Below, one piece after another: positions 25,725-40,719 of a stretch of 64,000 nucleotides of DNA. Made by a program: the position numbers and the translations under genes. Position 1 is the stretch's first letter, and each line of letters opens with the position of its first letter. Under the pieces are notes generated by a model. That model was not told the origin of the DNA, did not search any database, and saw only the letters and a program-made list of their open reading frames with translations. The DNA comes from Octopus vulgaris (lineage: Eukaryota): contig OX597819.1 in the NCBI GenBank assembly GCA_951406725.2, positions 62,992,001-63,056,000 of the forward strand. The letters are read 5' to 3'.

Positions 25725-26140
25725 CTTATCCTTTTATTTGTTTCAATCATTTCACTGCGGCAATACTGGAGCACTCCCTTAAATGGTTATAGTCAAAGAA
25801 ATCGACCCAAAGACTTATTCTTTGTTAGTCTAGCACTTATTCTATAGGTCTCTTTTGCTGAATCATTAAGTTACTCGGACGAAAACACACCAGCATCGGT
25901 TGTCAAACGATAGTGGGGAGATAAACACAGATAACCACCCACACACTCACCCATTCACAGACACACAGACACAGAGATACACACACATATATATATGACA
26001 TGCTTCTTTGAGTTTCCATCTAACAAATCCCCTCACAAGGCTTTAGTCGGCTTGAGGTTACACTAGAAGACATTTTCACAAGGTGGCACACAGTGGGACT
26101 GAACCTGGAACCGTGTAGTTGTGAAGCAAGCTTCTCGCCA
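25725..26140 (-). mobile_element. SINE, head type 2, degenerate
   Basis: Reverse-complement match to the 20648/44627/62607 family. Confidence 0.8.
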
Positions 26141-26337
26141 CTTACATAAACTTACATATGATTATATATATATGCATACACTCACACACATATACACACA
26201 TATGCTTGCGATGTTCGGACAAAAGTTTGACAATTTGCATAAGAAGGGAAGAAATTACAATATCCCGTCCAAAAATAAAAGTGCTTTATAAAACAAAGGA
26301 AAAATATCAACTAGATTATGGCTGGGAGATAACAGTT

Positions 26338-26835
26338 CACTCGAAGTAGCCACCCTCAGCTTCCACCTCGGTATTAAGATAGTTCTGGGACGAAACACAT
26401 GCCTTCCTCACTGTGTCACTGAGAATATCTTTGAACATTTCACTTACTTTGGCCAGCGGCTCAGTCTTGGTGTTACAGATAGAGCGGCTGATGTCTTCTC
26501 TACCGTGCCCGACGCATAGCTATCCACGGGTCAACTCTTGGGGGAAGTAGTGCGCCAGATATTGGTGCTGGTGAAGCTGTACATGTTCTTCGAAATCCAC
26601 ATCTGAATAATTTGGGATATACCGCAAGAAGCCGAATCCTTCTGCCACACATAAAGTCTTCTTGCAGCAGCTATCTCCAGCCAGAGTTGGCGATAGTCCC
26701 CAGTTGCTTCATATAGCCTTCTGAATTGGGCTTAAGGACCAGTTCAACGATGTGAGGCGGTATGACTTTACGCTGAGTGGAGACATTCTGAAGCACCATC
26801 ACAGTTTGGGGAAACTTGGTTTTTATGACTTTCAT
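26338..26835 (-). pseudogene. Tc1/mariner-superfamily transposase relic, maT/DD37D-like, C-terminal half
   Basis: Minus-strand peptides TKFPQTVMV, VIPPH, VWQKDSA, W...SP..PVD and terminal EVEAEGGYFE-stop, with stops and frameshifts; interrupted by a SINE at 26838; probable upstream remnant to ~27480. Confidence 0.78.
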
Positions 26836-26837
26836 GT

Positions 26838-26973
26838 TACTTACTTACCAATCACATGGTTCCAGGTTTAGTCCCACTGCGTGACACCTTGGGCAAGTGT
26901 CTTCTTCTATAGCCTCGGGCCGATCAAAGCATTGTGAGTAGATTTGGTAGACGGAAACTGAAAGAAGCCTGCC

Positions 26974-27018
<45 letters not shown>

Positions 27019-27226
27019 TGTGTGTGTATATGTTTGTGTGTCTGTGTTTGTCCCCCCAACATCACTTGACAGCAGATGCTTGTGTCGGGGACGTAAAGAC
27101 AAGAGACCGATAGAATATGTACTAGGCTTCCAAAGAATAAGGCCTGGGGTCGATTTGCTCGACTACAGGCGGTGCTCTAGCATGACCGCAGTCAAATGAC
27201 TGAAACAAGTAAAAGATTAAAAGAGT
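26838..27226 (+). mobile_element. SINE, head type 2, inserted into the transposase relic
   Basis: CACATGGTTCCAGGTTTAGTCCCACTGCGTGACACCTTGGGCAAGTG...GTCAAATGACTGAAACAAGTAAAAGA. Confidence 0.85.
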
Positions 27227-27689
27227 AAAGTGACTTTATAATATTTTCAGAGCAGTGAGCAGCACTGATGGTGTCGGCATTTGATACTCGGCGCAAATCA
27301 CCATGGTACAAGAGATACCTTTCTAATATCCAGATGGCTTCCAGACCGCCATGCCAGCTAAAGTTTTCTCAGTTACAGTTTTGTACTCTCCAACTCAGTT
27401 GACAGTTCGCCATTACACTAAGCTATTCCCGACATGAAACACAATCGGTAAATTTAGCACGAACACGCAGTATATTGAGCCTATCGAGGAAAGACTTGGG
27501 CAGTGAATTCAACCGACAGAACGTCATCCTTTGAAGGAGGCAAACAGGCTTCTTTTCGAAGTCGATGTCAAGACTTATATGTATAAAACTCGGTAATCCT
27601 TCTGATTGATTTTAAATTCTTCTCTCATATACTTTCACCTACAAACAAACTTATTCTGTCTTCCTGTCTGTCTGTTTGTCTGTCTGATC

Positions 27690-27808
<119 letters not shown>

Positions 27809-27969
27809 GAATACATACATATCTAGGAATATACATATGTATGTGTTTGCGTGTTTGTGAGTGCGTTTGTATGCTTGTGTGTGTATGCATGTGTAAATAT
27901 ACGTTTAACACACATTTAATAGGTGCATTGAGAATTGGATACGATTAACATAATTGTTTGAAACAAATT

Positions 27970-28022
<53 letters not shown>

Positions 28023-28535
28023 ATGTATATATATATATATATATACACACAGAGAAAGATAGATAACTAGAGGTAAAGAGAGGGCGGAGAGACATAATAA
28101 AAATAAAGATGCTAAGTTAATCGAGAAATGGGGAAGAAAAAAGTGGAAAGAAGGGTAAGATGATATTGTGTGTCCGTCCGTGAAATGCACCATATTTCTT
28201 CCTGAAATCGAAGATGCAATTGTGGAAATATGTATATGATGGGAGATGTAAAATGAAATTAAGAAATCATCTATTGATATATCGATTAGCGAAAAAGGAG
28301 AACGAGAATAAAGATTTAGAATTAAATACGTAGAAGATGAGGTTGCGGGAAATAAGAGGAGAATGTGGATTATATATGCATACACCTATATATAAATAGA
28401 CCTACATAAAGCCTCACATACACAGGCATAGATAAATACATACATACATACACACACACACTCACATATATATAGATAGATAGATAGATATACATATATG
28501 CACACACAAACACACATACACATAGATACATAGAT

Positions 28536-28593
<58 letters not shown>

Positions 28594-28762
28594 TTATACA
28601 TATATGAACACACACAAACACACACACACACAGACATATATATATACTCATACATATATTTATATCGATACACAACTATATACATTCATACATATATCGA
28701 CATATATGAATATAAAAAGACGTTGAGTTAAGAATTGTATATAATACAAATATAAAAATGCA

Positions 28763-28881
<119 letters not shown>

Positions 28882-29879
28882 TTACATGCATCTATAAACG
28901 TATATATGTATGTATATCTATCTATTTTTCTATCTATCTATCTATCTATCTCTCTCTCTCTATATATATATAAATATATATACATATATGTATATATATA
29001 TTACATACATACATACGTATATATTCATATAGATATCGGTATACGTATATATACATGTATATATATATATATAAAATGTTTGTATTTTTGTGTATGTATA
29101 GATATATAGATATATAAATGTTTATATACTCTATTATACATAGACGTTGAAAAAATACACCCCTGTATATTGATGTGAGCACTTGTGTGTGTATATATGT
29201 GTGGAAATATATAGGACTGCATGCATATGTGTACATTCAATCGTGTTGAAATATATGATATGATTGTTGAATTGAGTAAAAGTTTTTTTTTTTGAGAAAA
29301 AACTGTGGGTAAAATATAGATTAACTACAACCAAATCAACAATTACAAAAATAATATCTACCACAACCAGAATCACCATACCAACAAAAACAACCAGAAA
29401 ATAAATAGAAACTACAGATTATTATAGCAGGATGAATAAAATCATATCTTCACCATCAACAAAAGGGCAATTGCGATAGCGGTAACAACGAGGAGATTCT
29501 AGGGTGAAGACGAACAAGATGGCGGAAGAGAAGTAATTCAATGGAAAATACAAGTAAAACAATGAAAGCTCTGAATAAAAGAAAATTCAAATGTAGAGGG
29601 AGGGAGAATATTAAAAGAGATTTACAAGGACACGGCAGATAATGAGATACAGATAGACTAAATTCTTTTCCACTTGAACCTTGTGAAGGCTTGCTGAAGG
29701 AAATGATAAAATCGAAAGCATAACGTATCAATCAACATATAATAAGACGTTGCTGGAAATCGATGAAGCTATTCGCGATTCACCTTTAATACTTTAATAG
29801 ACATTGACTGATCGATAGATAGACAGATACGCACATATATATGTAAAGCATAATAACCTGGACATATTGATTTATAAGC

Positions 29880-29918
<39 letters not shown>

Positions 29919-29981
29919 CATGCATGTATCTATATGTATATATATACATATAATATATGTGCATATATATATATATATAAA

Positions 29982-30027
<46 letters not shown>

Positions 30028-30699
30028 CATATATATGTATATACATACGTATATATATATACATCTATATATTCATACATGCATTTAAACAAACGCTGAT
30101 ATGTATACGCATATATATATGCATTCGTGTATACGAATATATATATATATATGCACTGAGTATGAATACACACATGCTCACGCACGCACACGAATGTGGC
30201 ATATATAGTTAAATAAAGCATTTAGCATTAACTATATATTAATAAGGTTAAAAGTATTATCAGATGCACAGAATGTTTGCTTTTTTATTCATCCTTGCAT
30301 ACGTACGATCAAAAACATATACATTTACTTTCGCACACAACACACATTTAAAAAGCGTTTATATAAGCACACTTACAGTCGTACAGACACATATTTTTTC
30401 TCGCATATTGACGCACGCACCAAGCATATCTATATATAAATTTTTACATTATATTCCTGTTTACATTAACTTTTATTAACATTTACTGTATTATAAGTAC
30501 AAAACTCCATTATTATATGCATATGTAATCATCATTTTTATTTTATAGATAGAGATGTTCTGATAGAAAGTAATATACAGATTTAGAGTTTCATCGTTAG
30601 AATATATCGTTTTATGCAAACTGCGGAAAGAGTTTTGGACTAATGATAGCATGTCTATTACTTTCACAAAAGATGTGGGTTCGATACGGCAAACACTCA

Positions 30700-31060
30700 T
30701 CAAAAATTAGGCAGCGGCATGAAAAAGTGATATCGAGTTTGGGCATCTTGTGCAAAGCCCTGGGCTATAAAGTCAATGCCTTTTGTGTGAGTTTGGTAGA
30801 TGAAAACCGTGTGTAAGCCATCGTATAAGTATATATACATATACACGAGTTTGTGTGTTTGTGTATTTGCCCTTCCTCTGCTTCTTATCCCGTGTTGGTC
30901 ATTTTTACGTCCTTATAATTTAGCGGTTCGGCGAAAGTGAACGATAGCATAAGAACTAGGTTTTTAAAACCGACGTACAGTTGGCAATTTGTTGGCTTAA
31001 ACACTTTAAGGTGGGGCATAATTATGACCGTAGTCCAATAACTGAAATATATAAACGGAA
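30700..31060 (+). mobile_element. Highly decayed SINE, head type 2 body
   Basis: Residual TTTGGTAGATGAAAAC, TTAGCGGTTCGGCGAAAG and ATGACCGTAGTCCAATAACTGAAA blocks. Confidence 0.6.
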
Positions 31061-31340
31061 GTCACACACACATTTATATGTAACTACACGTGAACCGTTG
31101 GCAATTTCTTTTCCATCTCTGGACTTTCTCCTTTCTCCTTTCCGACGTTAAACTCGCTCCTTTCAACGAGCGTTAAGCTAATACATTTTTTGTGCTCGTC
31201 CTCCTGTTCCTTGTTTACCGCTTTATTTTCATTTCTTTTTCGTTTATTTGAAGTATTATTCATTATAATTGACTAATGTAACTACAAATTAATCGTTGAC
31301 GATTTTCTTTCTGCGTCTTCTTTCTATTGGACTTTCATCT

Positions 31341-31375
31341 GTTTCTGAAGAAGAGCGTTGCTCGAAAAGTTAAAC
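31341..31375 (+). ncRNA. Minimal hammerhead-like motif
   Basis: GTTT-CTGAAGA-A-GAGC GTT GCTC-GAAA-AG-TT-AAAC; canonical core, stems I and II intact, stem III palindrome broken by one change. Confidence 0.6.
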
Positions 31376-31534
31376 CATCTTTCTTTCCTTCCCTGACCGT
31401 CTACTAATACTTTACATGTACCACGTCCGCGCGTTGTTGCGTTTTTGTGTTTGTTCTTCTTTTTCTGGATTTACGCTACATACATACATATATACACACA
31501 CACACATACATACATATATATGAAAGATTTAGAA

Positions 31535-31580
<46 letters not shown>

Positions 31581-31623
31581 CATTTCTAAATCTTTCATTT
31601 ATGCAGTAGTAACGCGATAAATT

Positions 31624-31784
31624 AGTGGTGAGTTGTCAACTTAATGTGACAGTTCCTCCCTTTGTAAACATAAGGACACAGGAACTGTCAACGCCGACAG
31701 GAGGTGGTGCTCCCTAGGGCTAAATAGCAGTAGTATTCTTCCCTTTCATTGGACTGTCACATTAATTTGACAACATACCACCAC

Positions 31785-31785
<1 letters not shown>
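31624..31785. mobile_element. Small inverted-repeat (MITE-like) element between TA tracts
   Basis: AGTGGTGAGTTGTCAACTTAATGTGACAGT vs ACTGTCACATTAATTTGACAACATACCACCACT; inner IR GACAGTTCCT/AGGAACTGTC. Confidence 0.65.
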
Positions 31786-31850
<65 letters not shown>

Positions 31851-33409
31851 TTGATATGTGAAAGCACGTAGTTGGATGTATAAAAGACAAAAAAATGTGA
31901 AAAAACTAGAGATGACTTGTGTTTTATGGTTAAAGAATATATTTAAATCGTTATGTTAGAAAAATGTTATAAAGCTTTGCGTATAGTAACATAGATTTTT
32001 TTGGGAGAAATAACCGGTTTCGTATTTTCTTTTCAAATTTCTCAAATTTCTTTAACTATATCGTGTCATGTCTTCGCTATGTTGTGAAATACGGAGTTCC
32101 AGGCAGCGGAAGGTAATCAAGGATTTTTTCCGGTATAAGGGAGATAATCAAACATGTTGGGAATGACTAATTTATCATGATTTGGTCTAGATGGATCAGA
32201 ATTCCTCTTCAAAGAGGGACAAAAATTCAAAATCAAATCTAATTTTACTTGAGCTTCAGAAAACCTGATTTATGTCATAAAATGCTCGGGCTTCCACCAA
32301 AACTACATAGGGTCTACGAGATTATCGCTCAGATGCAGATGCACTCTGCATCGACAAGAATACAGAATGATACCCTTTAGTGACCATATTGAGAAATGCG
32401 CAAAGCAACTACTACCACAATTTATAATCTTTCCGTTCTATCAATGTGCCATTGGAACACCAACACAAGTTAGATTAAAGAAACCTTCTTCATTAAAAAA
32501 TATAAGCCAAAACTTAACCATTTCTAACATTTTTAAATAAGAATCATTCGACTCTTGGAAATTTCGATTATTTTGTACAGTGACACATTCAAAAGAAGGC
32601 TGTCGGACAAATTGTTTGGTGATATCATTTTGTATTCTGACTTCATTTTTAGCATCAACATCACAGTACCTATTGTTAGTAGATGTTAGGATGCTACTTG
32701 GCAGAATCATTACAAGAAAAGAGATTTCCGGTATTTTTTTACGGTTCTCGAGGTTTTGAGTTCAAATCAAACTGAGGTTCACTGTGCCTTTCATTCATTT
32801 TCGTAACTAATAAATTAAATACTATTCTAGTATTGAGATCGATGTCAACGACTTCCCCACCATCTTGAAATTTCTGAATAAATCAGAAAAAAATAGTTGC
32901 AGGCTTGATGTAAAGAATCGATGGCAGGTACCTTCCTATTGATTCAAACGGTCTTCGACATTTTTCAGATTCCAATCGAAGAACTACCTCGAACTTAATA
33001 AATTAGTCAAAACCATCTTCATGTTGCTGTTGTCTGTCCTGATCAAAAATGCGCATAATCAAAGCCGTCCCAAACACGCTTCATTAAGGAATACTACACC
33101 AATTACTGTTATTAAAAAGTTCAGCTGCTCTGCAATTATTGTCAATAAGTTAATTAAAGTTTAACTTTATAGATGACGTATTTTATATTTATCATTTGTG
33201 CAAAGTTTCATTAGAACCATTGATTTGATGCAACATTTAAGGTAACATACCATGTTGTGCGGATGGTGGTGATGTTGGGAGTTGTAGATTTGCTACTGGC
33301 CATCGTCATAATCTGCTCTCGAGGATTTAACACGCCTATGTTGTTATTTGTATCAGCTAATAGATGTCTTGCCTAAATTTGCCTTCTAGTCATAATAATA
33401 CTACATTAT

Positions 33410-33547
<138 letters not shown>

Positions 33548-33620
33548 CATGTGTATATACATATATACATATATACATACATACATACATACATACATGC
33601 ATACATACACACACACACAC

Positions 33621-33695
<75 letters not shown>

Positions 33696-34914
33696 GAGTG
33701 ATCATACTTTAGATCGCTAGAGGGCAGACGTGTTGCACATAGACACAAAACAGCGGAACCGCTGTGATGATAATGTCACGAAAATGATGGCGGGAAAATC
33801 CAACAGTGCAATAAATTTAATAAAGTAAACACACATTCATATGATGAAAGCACACGAACGCGCGAACACCAGTTGACACATACTCACAGTCTCAAGTACA
33901 TATTTTGATAGACAGAATATCACACACATGCACAGGTATACACAAACGGTCATGCCTGTGCACGCGCACACTTACACACTCAAAACCAAGAGACGTGTAC
34001 ATAAATATGTATATATTAGTATATATTAATATTTATTTCAAATTTGTTAATACCTGTGTGTGTCTAGATATAGAGTTAATTTAAGTTTTGCTAATGTATG
34101 TCAGTGTTACTTAAGTTACTTTAAAACTAACTTACGGGCTGCAAGTTCAAACCTTCATTCAATGAGTCTTTTGTTGTATTTATAGACACAACAATACATA
34201 ATATCTTGCACCATGAAGAGACGGTGCATTCGCGTCAGAAGGCTTTTGATAAAGTTTTATGCGTAAGAGCGTTGTATAATCCTCACAGAACTATAAAATA
34301 AGCTTATAACAATTTCCGGAACATCCTTAAAAATTGTTGTTATTTAAAAAAAGAAGAAATTAATACAAAAACATGAATCGAATTTGAAAAACTGAAAAAA
34401 AATACAATAATCATTATTTGTAGTAACCTTTTGGTATCCACCCTTCCAAGACCACCCCATTTCTATGATATAAAACTTCATGCTTAAATGATCCAAGTTA
34501 AAATCTATCAAAATTTCCTGTTATATTCTAAGCATCAGCTTAATAATGGCAAAATAATTTTATAAAATCCTTCATTATTTTCAATATTTATTGATGCAAA
34601 AGCGATGTTTTTGCTTCAACAGAAATATGGTTGCAACAGAGTAGAATACAATAAAATAGAAGGCTAACTAATTTATTATTAAATTGGATAAAATAAATAT
34701 ATACGTAGTTGGTTAACGTTTGCTTTATTATTATTTTTTTTATGTGGTGAGAGATTTACTCGTTTAAGAGGGGGAAATTTTATCGACTCAAGTACTTGAC
34801 TAGTATCTAGGTATTTCAGTGATTCCAGAAAGATAATTTTCCAAATCGATCGCCCCTATGTTACAGCAAACAGAGAGAACGTCTGGGTGAAAACCAGCCT
34901 CACCAATAGAATTT

Positions 34915-35200
34915 GTTGTTGTTTGTTCCTTCTTGAGCCACGCTTGGCTCATAGGGCCGGTTTCCCGGTTTCCTTGGTGTATAGGTTCCCCACCTGACCG
35001 GGACGCCGGTCCGTCGCAGGTGAGCTGCAAGATTGCAGGAGGAAAGTGTGAGAGAAAGTTGTGGCGAAAGAATCAGCAGTTCGCCATTGCCTTCTACCGG
35101 AGCCGCGTGTTTTCGCTCATAAACACACACATCGCCCCGTCTGAGATTCGAACCCGCGACCCCTCGAACGCGAGTCCGCTGCCCTAACCACTAGGCCATG
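34915..35200 (-). mobile_element. tRNA-derived SINE (head type 1, tail type B)
   Basis: Minus ATGGCCTAGTGGTTAGGGCAGCGGACTCGCG...GGTTCGAATCTC; tail GGGAAACCGGCCCTATGAGCCAAGCGTGGCTCAAGAAGGAAC(AAC)n. Confidence 0.85.
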
Positions 35201-36494
35201 TATCTACATCCCATTATAATTTAGCCTCGGTTAAAATTCATTCTGGAACTTCAGTAAAGAACTATAGAGTAGAGATATAATTCTGTTAAAGCAATGTATT
35301 TTTATATCCTTCTCTAGAACCGGACATCATTTACTGGAAATATTTTCTTTTTACCTAAAATTATAAATATTTTAGCTATGTAACTCCTCATAAAAATTGT
35401 CATATGTCGTAAATTTAATTGCGGTACTAAAAATATTTCCGATAACTGCATTTGTCTTCTGCGTGATTGTAACTTTCGGATAACATAGTAGCTGGAAGGA
35501 ATTTCGTATAAAGTGTCTTTCTCCTGCATACCTCCAGGATACGGTCAAACGTTCCAGGTAAGAATTCGAGATTTATCTGCTTATTTTTAATACCAAGGAA
35601 ATATGATTGACAGTACACTATCCGCAAAATATAACCTGGTGGACAATTCAGTTAACCATAAGCAATTTTAATGGCATTTCCGATTTTCATTCGATGCATA
35701 TCATTATGGTTGTGAATCAGCAAACAAGCTTAAGAATGCGTGGCCTAATGGTCAAAGAGTTGCACTTCCGATCGTGAGATCGTACTTCCAATTGCTGGAC
35801 CAGGTGTGCATACTGTTCTTGAGCAAAACACCTCCTTTCACGTTGTTCCAGTCCACTTAGGTGAACATGAGTAAACCTGGAAGAGACTGAAGTCCCTCTC
35901 GGGGATAATGTTAAGACTGCAGCCAATTATACACCATCGAAACCGTTTAGCGGCCCTATGAGGTGCAAGGAAAGGTACAGTAATATCCAGAAGGATTTCT
36001 TTATTTTCAACACATATGACGCATAATATTTACGAGAATTATTGAAGCTTCACAGAACTGTTATGTAAAGAAACGACTGAAAGAAATATATTTTTTATTT
36101 ATTGAGTTCATTTTATATATTTTGATGTTATAGACACACCATAATAGGAATGCAACGCTTCAATTTATTTTTTTTTCTCAAGGAAATGATTGGAACAGCA
36201 GTATATGTTTTGCAAGTTAAATAGGAAAAGTCACATGAAAACAAACAAAAATTGAAAAACGAAACAATCACAATTAACAGACGACAGCCAGCAGCCATGA
36301 GATATATAGAGATGTAAAGAATTAAAAAAAAGAAAAAAAAACAGAAAATGCGTTTTCATGATGTTAGATAAATTGCTTCGTGGTTTCTCTAGCATTTTCA
36401 AAGGTAGGAATTATTTTTTTAACATGTTCATAGCGTTTCAATTATTGCATCTTTAGATTTTCTCAGTTGAATTCTGTGTGAGCTTATAAGTATG

Positions 36495-36588
<94 letters not shown>

Positions 36589-36704
36589 CATACATATGTG
36601 TGTATATATGTGTATATATGTATATATATATATATATATGTGAATATTATATATATATGCATACATACGCACATTCGTACATATATATACATATATTATT
36701 TTAC

Positions 36705-37102
36705 TTTCTTTTATTCTTTTACATGTTTCAGTCATTTGACTGCAGCCACGCTGGAGCACCGCCTTTAGTCAAGCAAATCAACCTCCGGAACTTATTCTTT
36801 CTAAGCCTGGTACTTATTCTATCGGTCACTTTTGCCGAACCGCTAAGTTACGGGGACGTAAACATACCAGTATCTGTCGTCAAGCGATGCTGGGGGGACA
36901 AACACAGACTCACAAACATATACACACACATACATAAATACGATGGGCTCTTTTCCGTTTCCGCCTACCAAATCCACTTACAGGTCTTTGGTCGACCCGA
37001 GACTATAGTAGAAGACACCTACCGGAAGTACCACGCAGCGAGATTGAACGCGGAACCATGTGGTTGGTAAGGAAGCTACTTACCACAAAGCTACTCCTGC
37101 GC
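36705..37102 (-). mobile_element. SINE, head type 2
   Basis: Full-length reverse-complement match to 62607-63025. Confidence 0.88.
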
Positions 37103-37154
<52 letters not shown>

Positions 37155-37210
37155 GTATATATACATGCATACATATATATAGATATACATACATGAATAC
37201 ATATATAAAC

Positions 37211-37255
<45 letters not shown>

Positions 37256-38837
37256 CATACACATGTTTATATAATCTGTTACTCCTCAAGTATATCTGTA
37301 TAACATACTCAATTTCGTTTTGTAGTGGATTTGGAAAAGACAATATAATAAACACTCAAAAATAAACAACGCTTTAACATGCTGTTTATATATGTATATG
37401 CATGTATGTGTGTGTTTGTGTATGTGTTTGTAAGTGTGAATGTATGTGTGAGTGTCTGTTTGTGTAAGTGTGTCTGTGTTGTGTGAGTATGTGTGATACC
37501 ACTAAATAGAATCTAGATGATCTTCGTTTTAATCTAGTAAATACAGCGTAAAAGCGAGTCAACATCCATGTTGCGATTATTGCTAAAAACTCGATTGCTC
37601 TTTTATCAAGAGCTTGTGATCATTTAGGAAGATGTACTAACACTTACATTTCTCATATTCCCACTGACATTTATCTTTCCTGCTGGTACAACACACTGTT
37701 GCAGTTACTAGTTTCAAACGTGAAATTCTCTGTATTTAGTACACCAGAAACTAAACGGTTGATTGTTATGTGAGAGGATGCACAACAATTTCGCGTATTA
37801 TCCACATATCAGTGTGACATTATGGACATTGACTGCTCCAAGGTCTAACACTGTGAGAGCACAGTGTGTGCATAATGTGACTGCAAAAAAGAAACAACTG
37901 AATTAGAAGTTCGTATTCCACATGACATTCATTGGACTAACGCACTCGTAAATTTTGGCTAAATTATCATTCATAACGTAATGTGACCCTATTAAGCAAA
38001 CTTTCGCTGATAACTAACCAAATTCAACGCTTGATCTTGTGACCATCTTCCTCCAACGAAAGCAACTTGAATGATCTTTTCATCAAAAACGTGCTTTCAA
38101 TCTCCGGGCAGTGGTGAGATTGTTGTAGCTTAGCTCTACGTCTCTCCATCTCGCACGAAATGCAAAAAAAAAAAAATAATAATGTCATAAAACTGAATTT
38201 TTAAAAACCTTTTCAGTCAGGCGAAGAGACAGTGCTCATGGAATGCCATAAGCCCAGCTTGGGTGACGCGAGGGAGATAGGAAGTTATTATTTATTATTA
38301 TCTGGCCTTCAATAACTTAATACTGACAGGGGTCGTATAATTATCCTGTAGATTACATTTCTTCAATAATAGAGAGAGAATCTCCTTCAGAGAAGCAGAA
38401 ATTGCGTAGATCCAATGAATGAGTTTGTTGACGCTTGCATTTACCGCATTCTGACCTCCTGCAATACAAGGCTGGTATATTTTATCATTGAGGTTTACTC
38501 CTCGAGGTATGTTTGGTCCAGGACTTTATTTCTCTATTCACAGCTAATCTTCATATTTGAAGGCCTTTCCCCTATCCGCCATATGGGGAATCGACATACG
38601 GAATTTTTATCTGTACACAAGGAGCTGTCAGAAGATGGTTTGGCTCAGTCCTACCCATCAACTTCGTTAGGGGCCATCCCTTTGGATTTTCTGTAGAGGT
38701 TTACTCCCGTAGCCTTTCACACACTCGTCTGTATGGGCAGAGAAAAAAAAAAGAAAGAAGTGGAATAGAATAGGATATAAAAGTAAGAATATAAAAAGGA
38801 GTAAGATAATATAAATATAAAATGATGCTTAAAAATA

Positions 38838-39012
38838 TCTATTATATAAAATCCGTTCAGTCTGTCTCTGTGTGTGTCTTCTAGGTTTTCGGGCACCCTA
38901 CATCCGATTGTGCTCAAATTTGATATGTAGATACCGACGGTATCAGGGCGTGTATAAGTCTTGAAAAAATTACAAAAATAGATTCCAGGTGAGAATGCGA
39001 TCGATAAAACCG
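38838..39012 (+). mobile_element. 5' fragment of the Helitron-like family at 8051
   Basis: Starts TCTATTATATAAAATCCG; shares GATACCGACGGTATCAGGGCGTGTATAAGTCTTGAAAAAATTACAAAAA with 8150-8200. Confidence 0.75.
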
Positions 39013-40284
39013 TGGGAACGTATATTTGTAAAATCATTTTTCAAGGAATAGAAAAAAGTCTATCTTTATTTCTCATTTTGCTAGTGTCTCAAATTTAGGT
39101 TAAATCAATGTTTCTCAAAGGAGAGGCTTATGGGACAGTCGAACAAGTTGTTTTGAGAAAATTTAGTTTAAATGTTTGACAACTCAGCACCGTTCATTGG
39201 ACGGGGGGCGTTTGCTCTTACACTATATATATATATGTGTGTGTGTGTGTGTTTGTATGTGTGCGCATACACACTCCCACACACACAAAATCAAGGCCCA
39301 AATATTTACACATTGTTTAAGGGCCGTTGGCCACCATGCGTCCCTCGCGCTTTTTATGGGTTTTAATTTTCGTACCGCAGGGTGTCCAATAACCACCCTC
39401 TTCACCAAGCAAGTTCGGTGGGATTGCCGACCCGACCATATCTCCAATTTGTACTGGGTTACATGCTTACAGTACCGCTTGCGATTGACCAGATTTAGAA
39501 AGATATCTTGAAAACTGACACGTGGCTCCAACAGAAACAACAAGTCTGGCTCTCTTAAAGTCACTCACAGTGATATGTGGTAAGGGTAAACACGGCGTCA
39601 AGTGTCATTACCTAGATTGACGAGGTTGATGTTTGATTCAGGTAAGATCTCATCAGGCAGACATATATTCTGTTGCAGTCTAATCTACTTACATTCAATA
39701 ACATCAGATGCACTGTTTATATTATAGAGTGGATCCGTATTTGGGATTCACAGAGCGGATTTTGGAAAGTTTGGTTGCTATTTCTAGTGAAACAATCAAC
39801 CGCGTACAGGAGCTCTTGTTGGCTTGTCATGAAATAAATAGATAAGTGAAGGTTATACAGTTTATGGTAGATTTGAAAAAAACAGAAATGAACATGATGG
39901 AAATCTATTGAAAGTAGCTCAGATGGCACAGAGTGGTGCTTAAAGGAAAATAGTAAAGATAAGACTTAAGCTTTCAAGTGATATTTTATAGCTTTCGAAA
40001 AAGAAGATGTAGATTCAAGAGTAAAAAAGAGATGTTGCTTTAGAGAGTTAAATTCGAAAAGCAATGAGGTTATATGGGATCATACATCATAAGAAATTTT
40101 ATTGACCTTCATTTATATATTTTAGTGCCTTATTAAATTAAGTGTTTGTTTTAAGAGTATTATATATTTCAAATATATAGGTACGCAGGCAAATACATAG
40201 ATGCACGAACGTACACAAACAAACACACATAACTACATGTGATTGCATATTTGTATGTATACAAATACGTATGTACATATATAT

Positions 40285-40635
40285 CTTCGGTTACGACGAT
40301 GAGGGTTCCAGTTGATTCGATCAACGGAACAGCCTGCACGTGGAATTAACGTACAAGTGGTTGAGTACTTCGCAAACATGTGTACTCTTAACGTAGTTCT
40401 CTGTGGGACAAGGCTGACCCTTTGAATTACAGGTACGGCAGAAACAGGAAGAAAGTGTGAGAGGAAGTCGTGATAAAAGAGTGCCGCAGGGTTCGCTACC
40501 AACCCCTGTCGGGGCCTTGTGGAGCTTTACGTGTTTTCGCTCAATAAACACTGACAACACCCGGTCTGGGAATCGAAACTGCAATCCTGCTTCCGCGAGT
40601 CTGCTGCTCTAACCACAGGGTCATTGCGCCTCCAC
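40285..40635 (-). mobile_element. tRNA-derived SINE (head type 1, tail type C)
   Basis: Same head and body as 2521-2824 from ~40440 to 40635; unrelated 3' segment at 40285-40440. Confidence 0.82.
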
Positions 40636-40636
40636 G

Positions 40637-40718
<82 letters not shown>
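40637..40718. repeat. (TATC)n microsatellite
   Basis: Seen directly. Confidence 0.97.

Positions 40719-40719
<1 letters not shown>

Noticed and set aside
32080-32710. Possible Helitron helicase relic; also a possible Harbinger-like relic at 61550-61960
   Set aside because: Only vague peptide resemblance and no diagnostic motif I can support without a search
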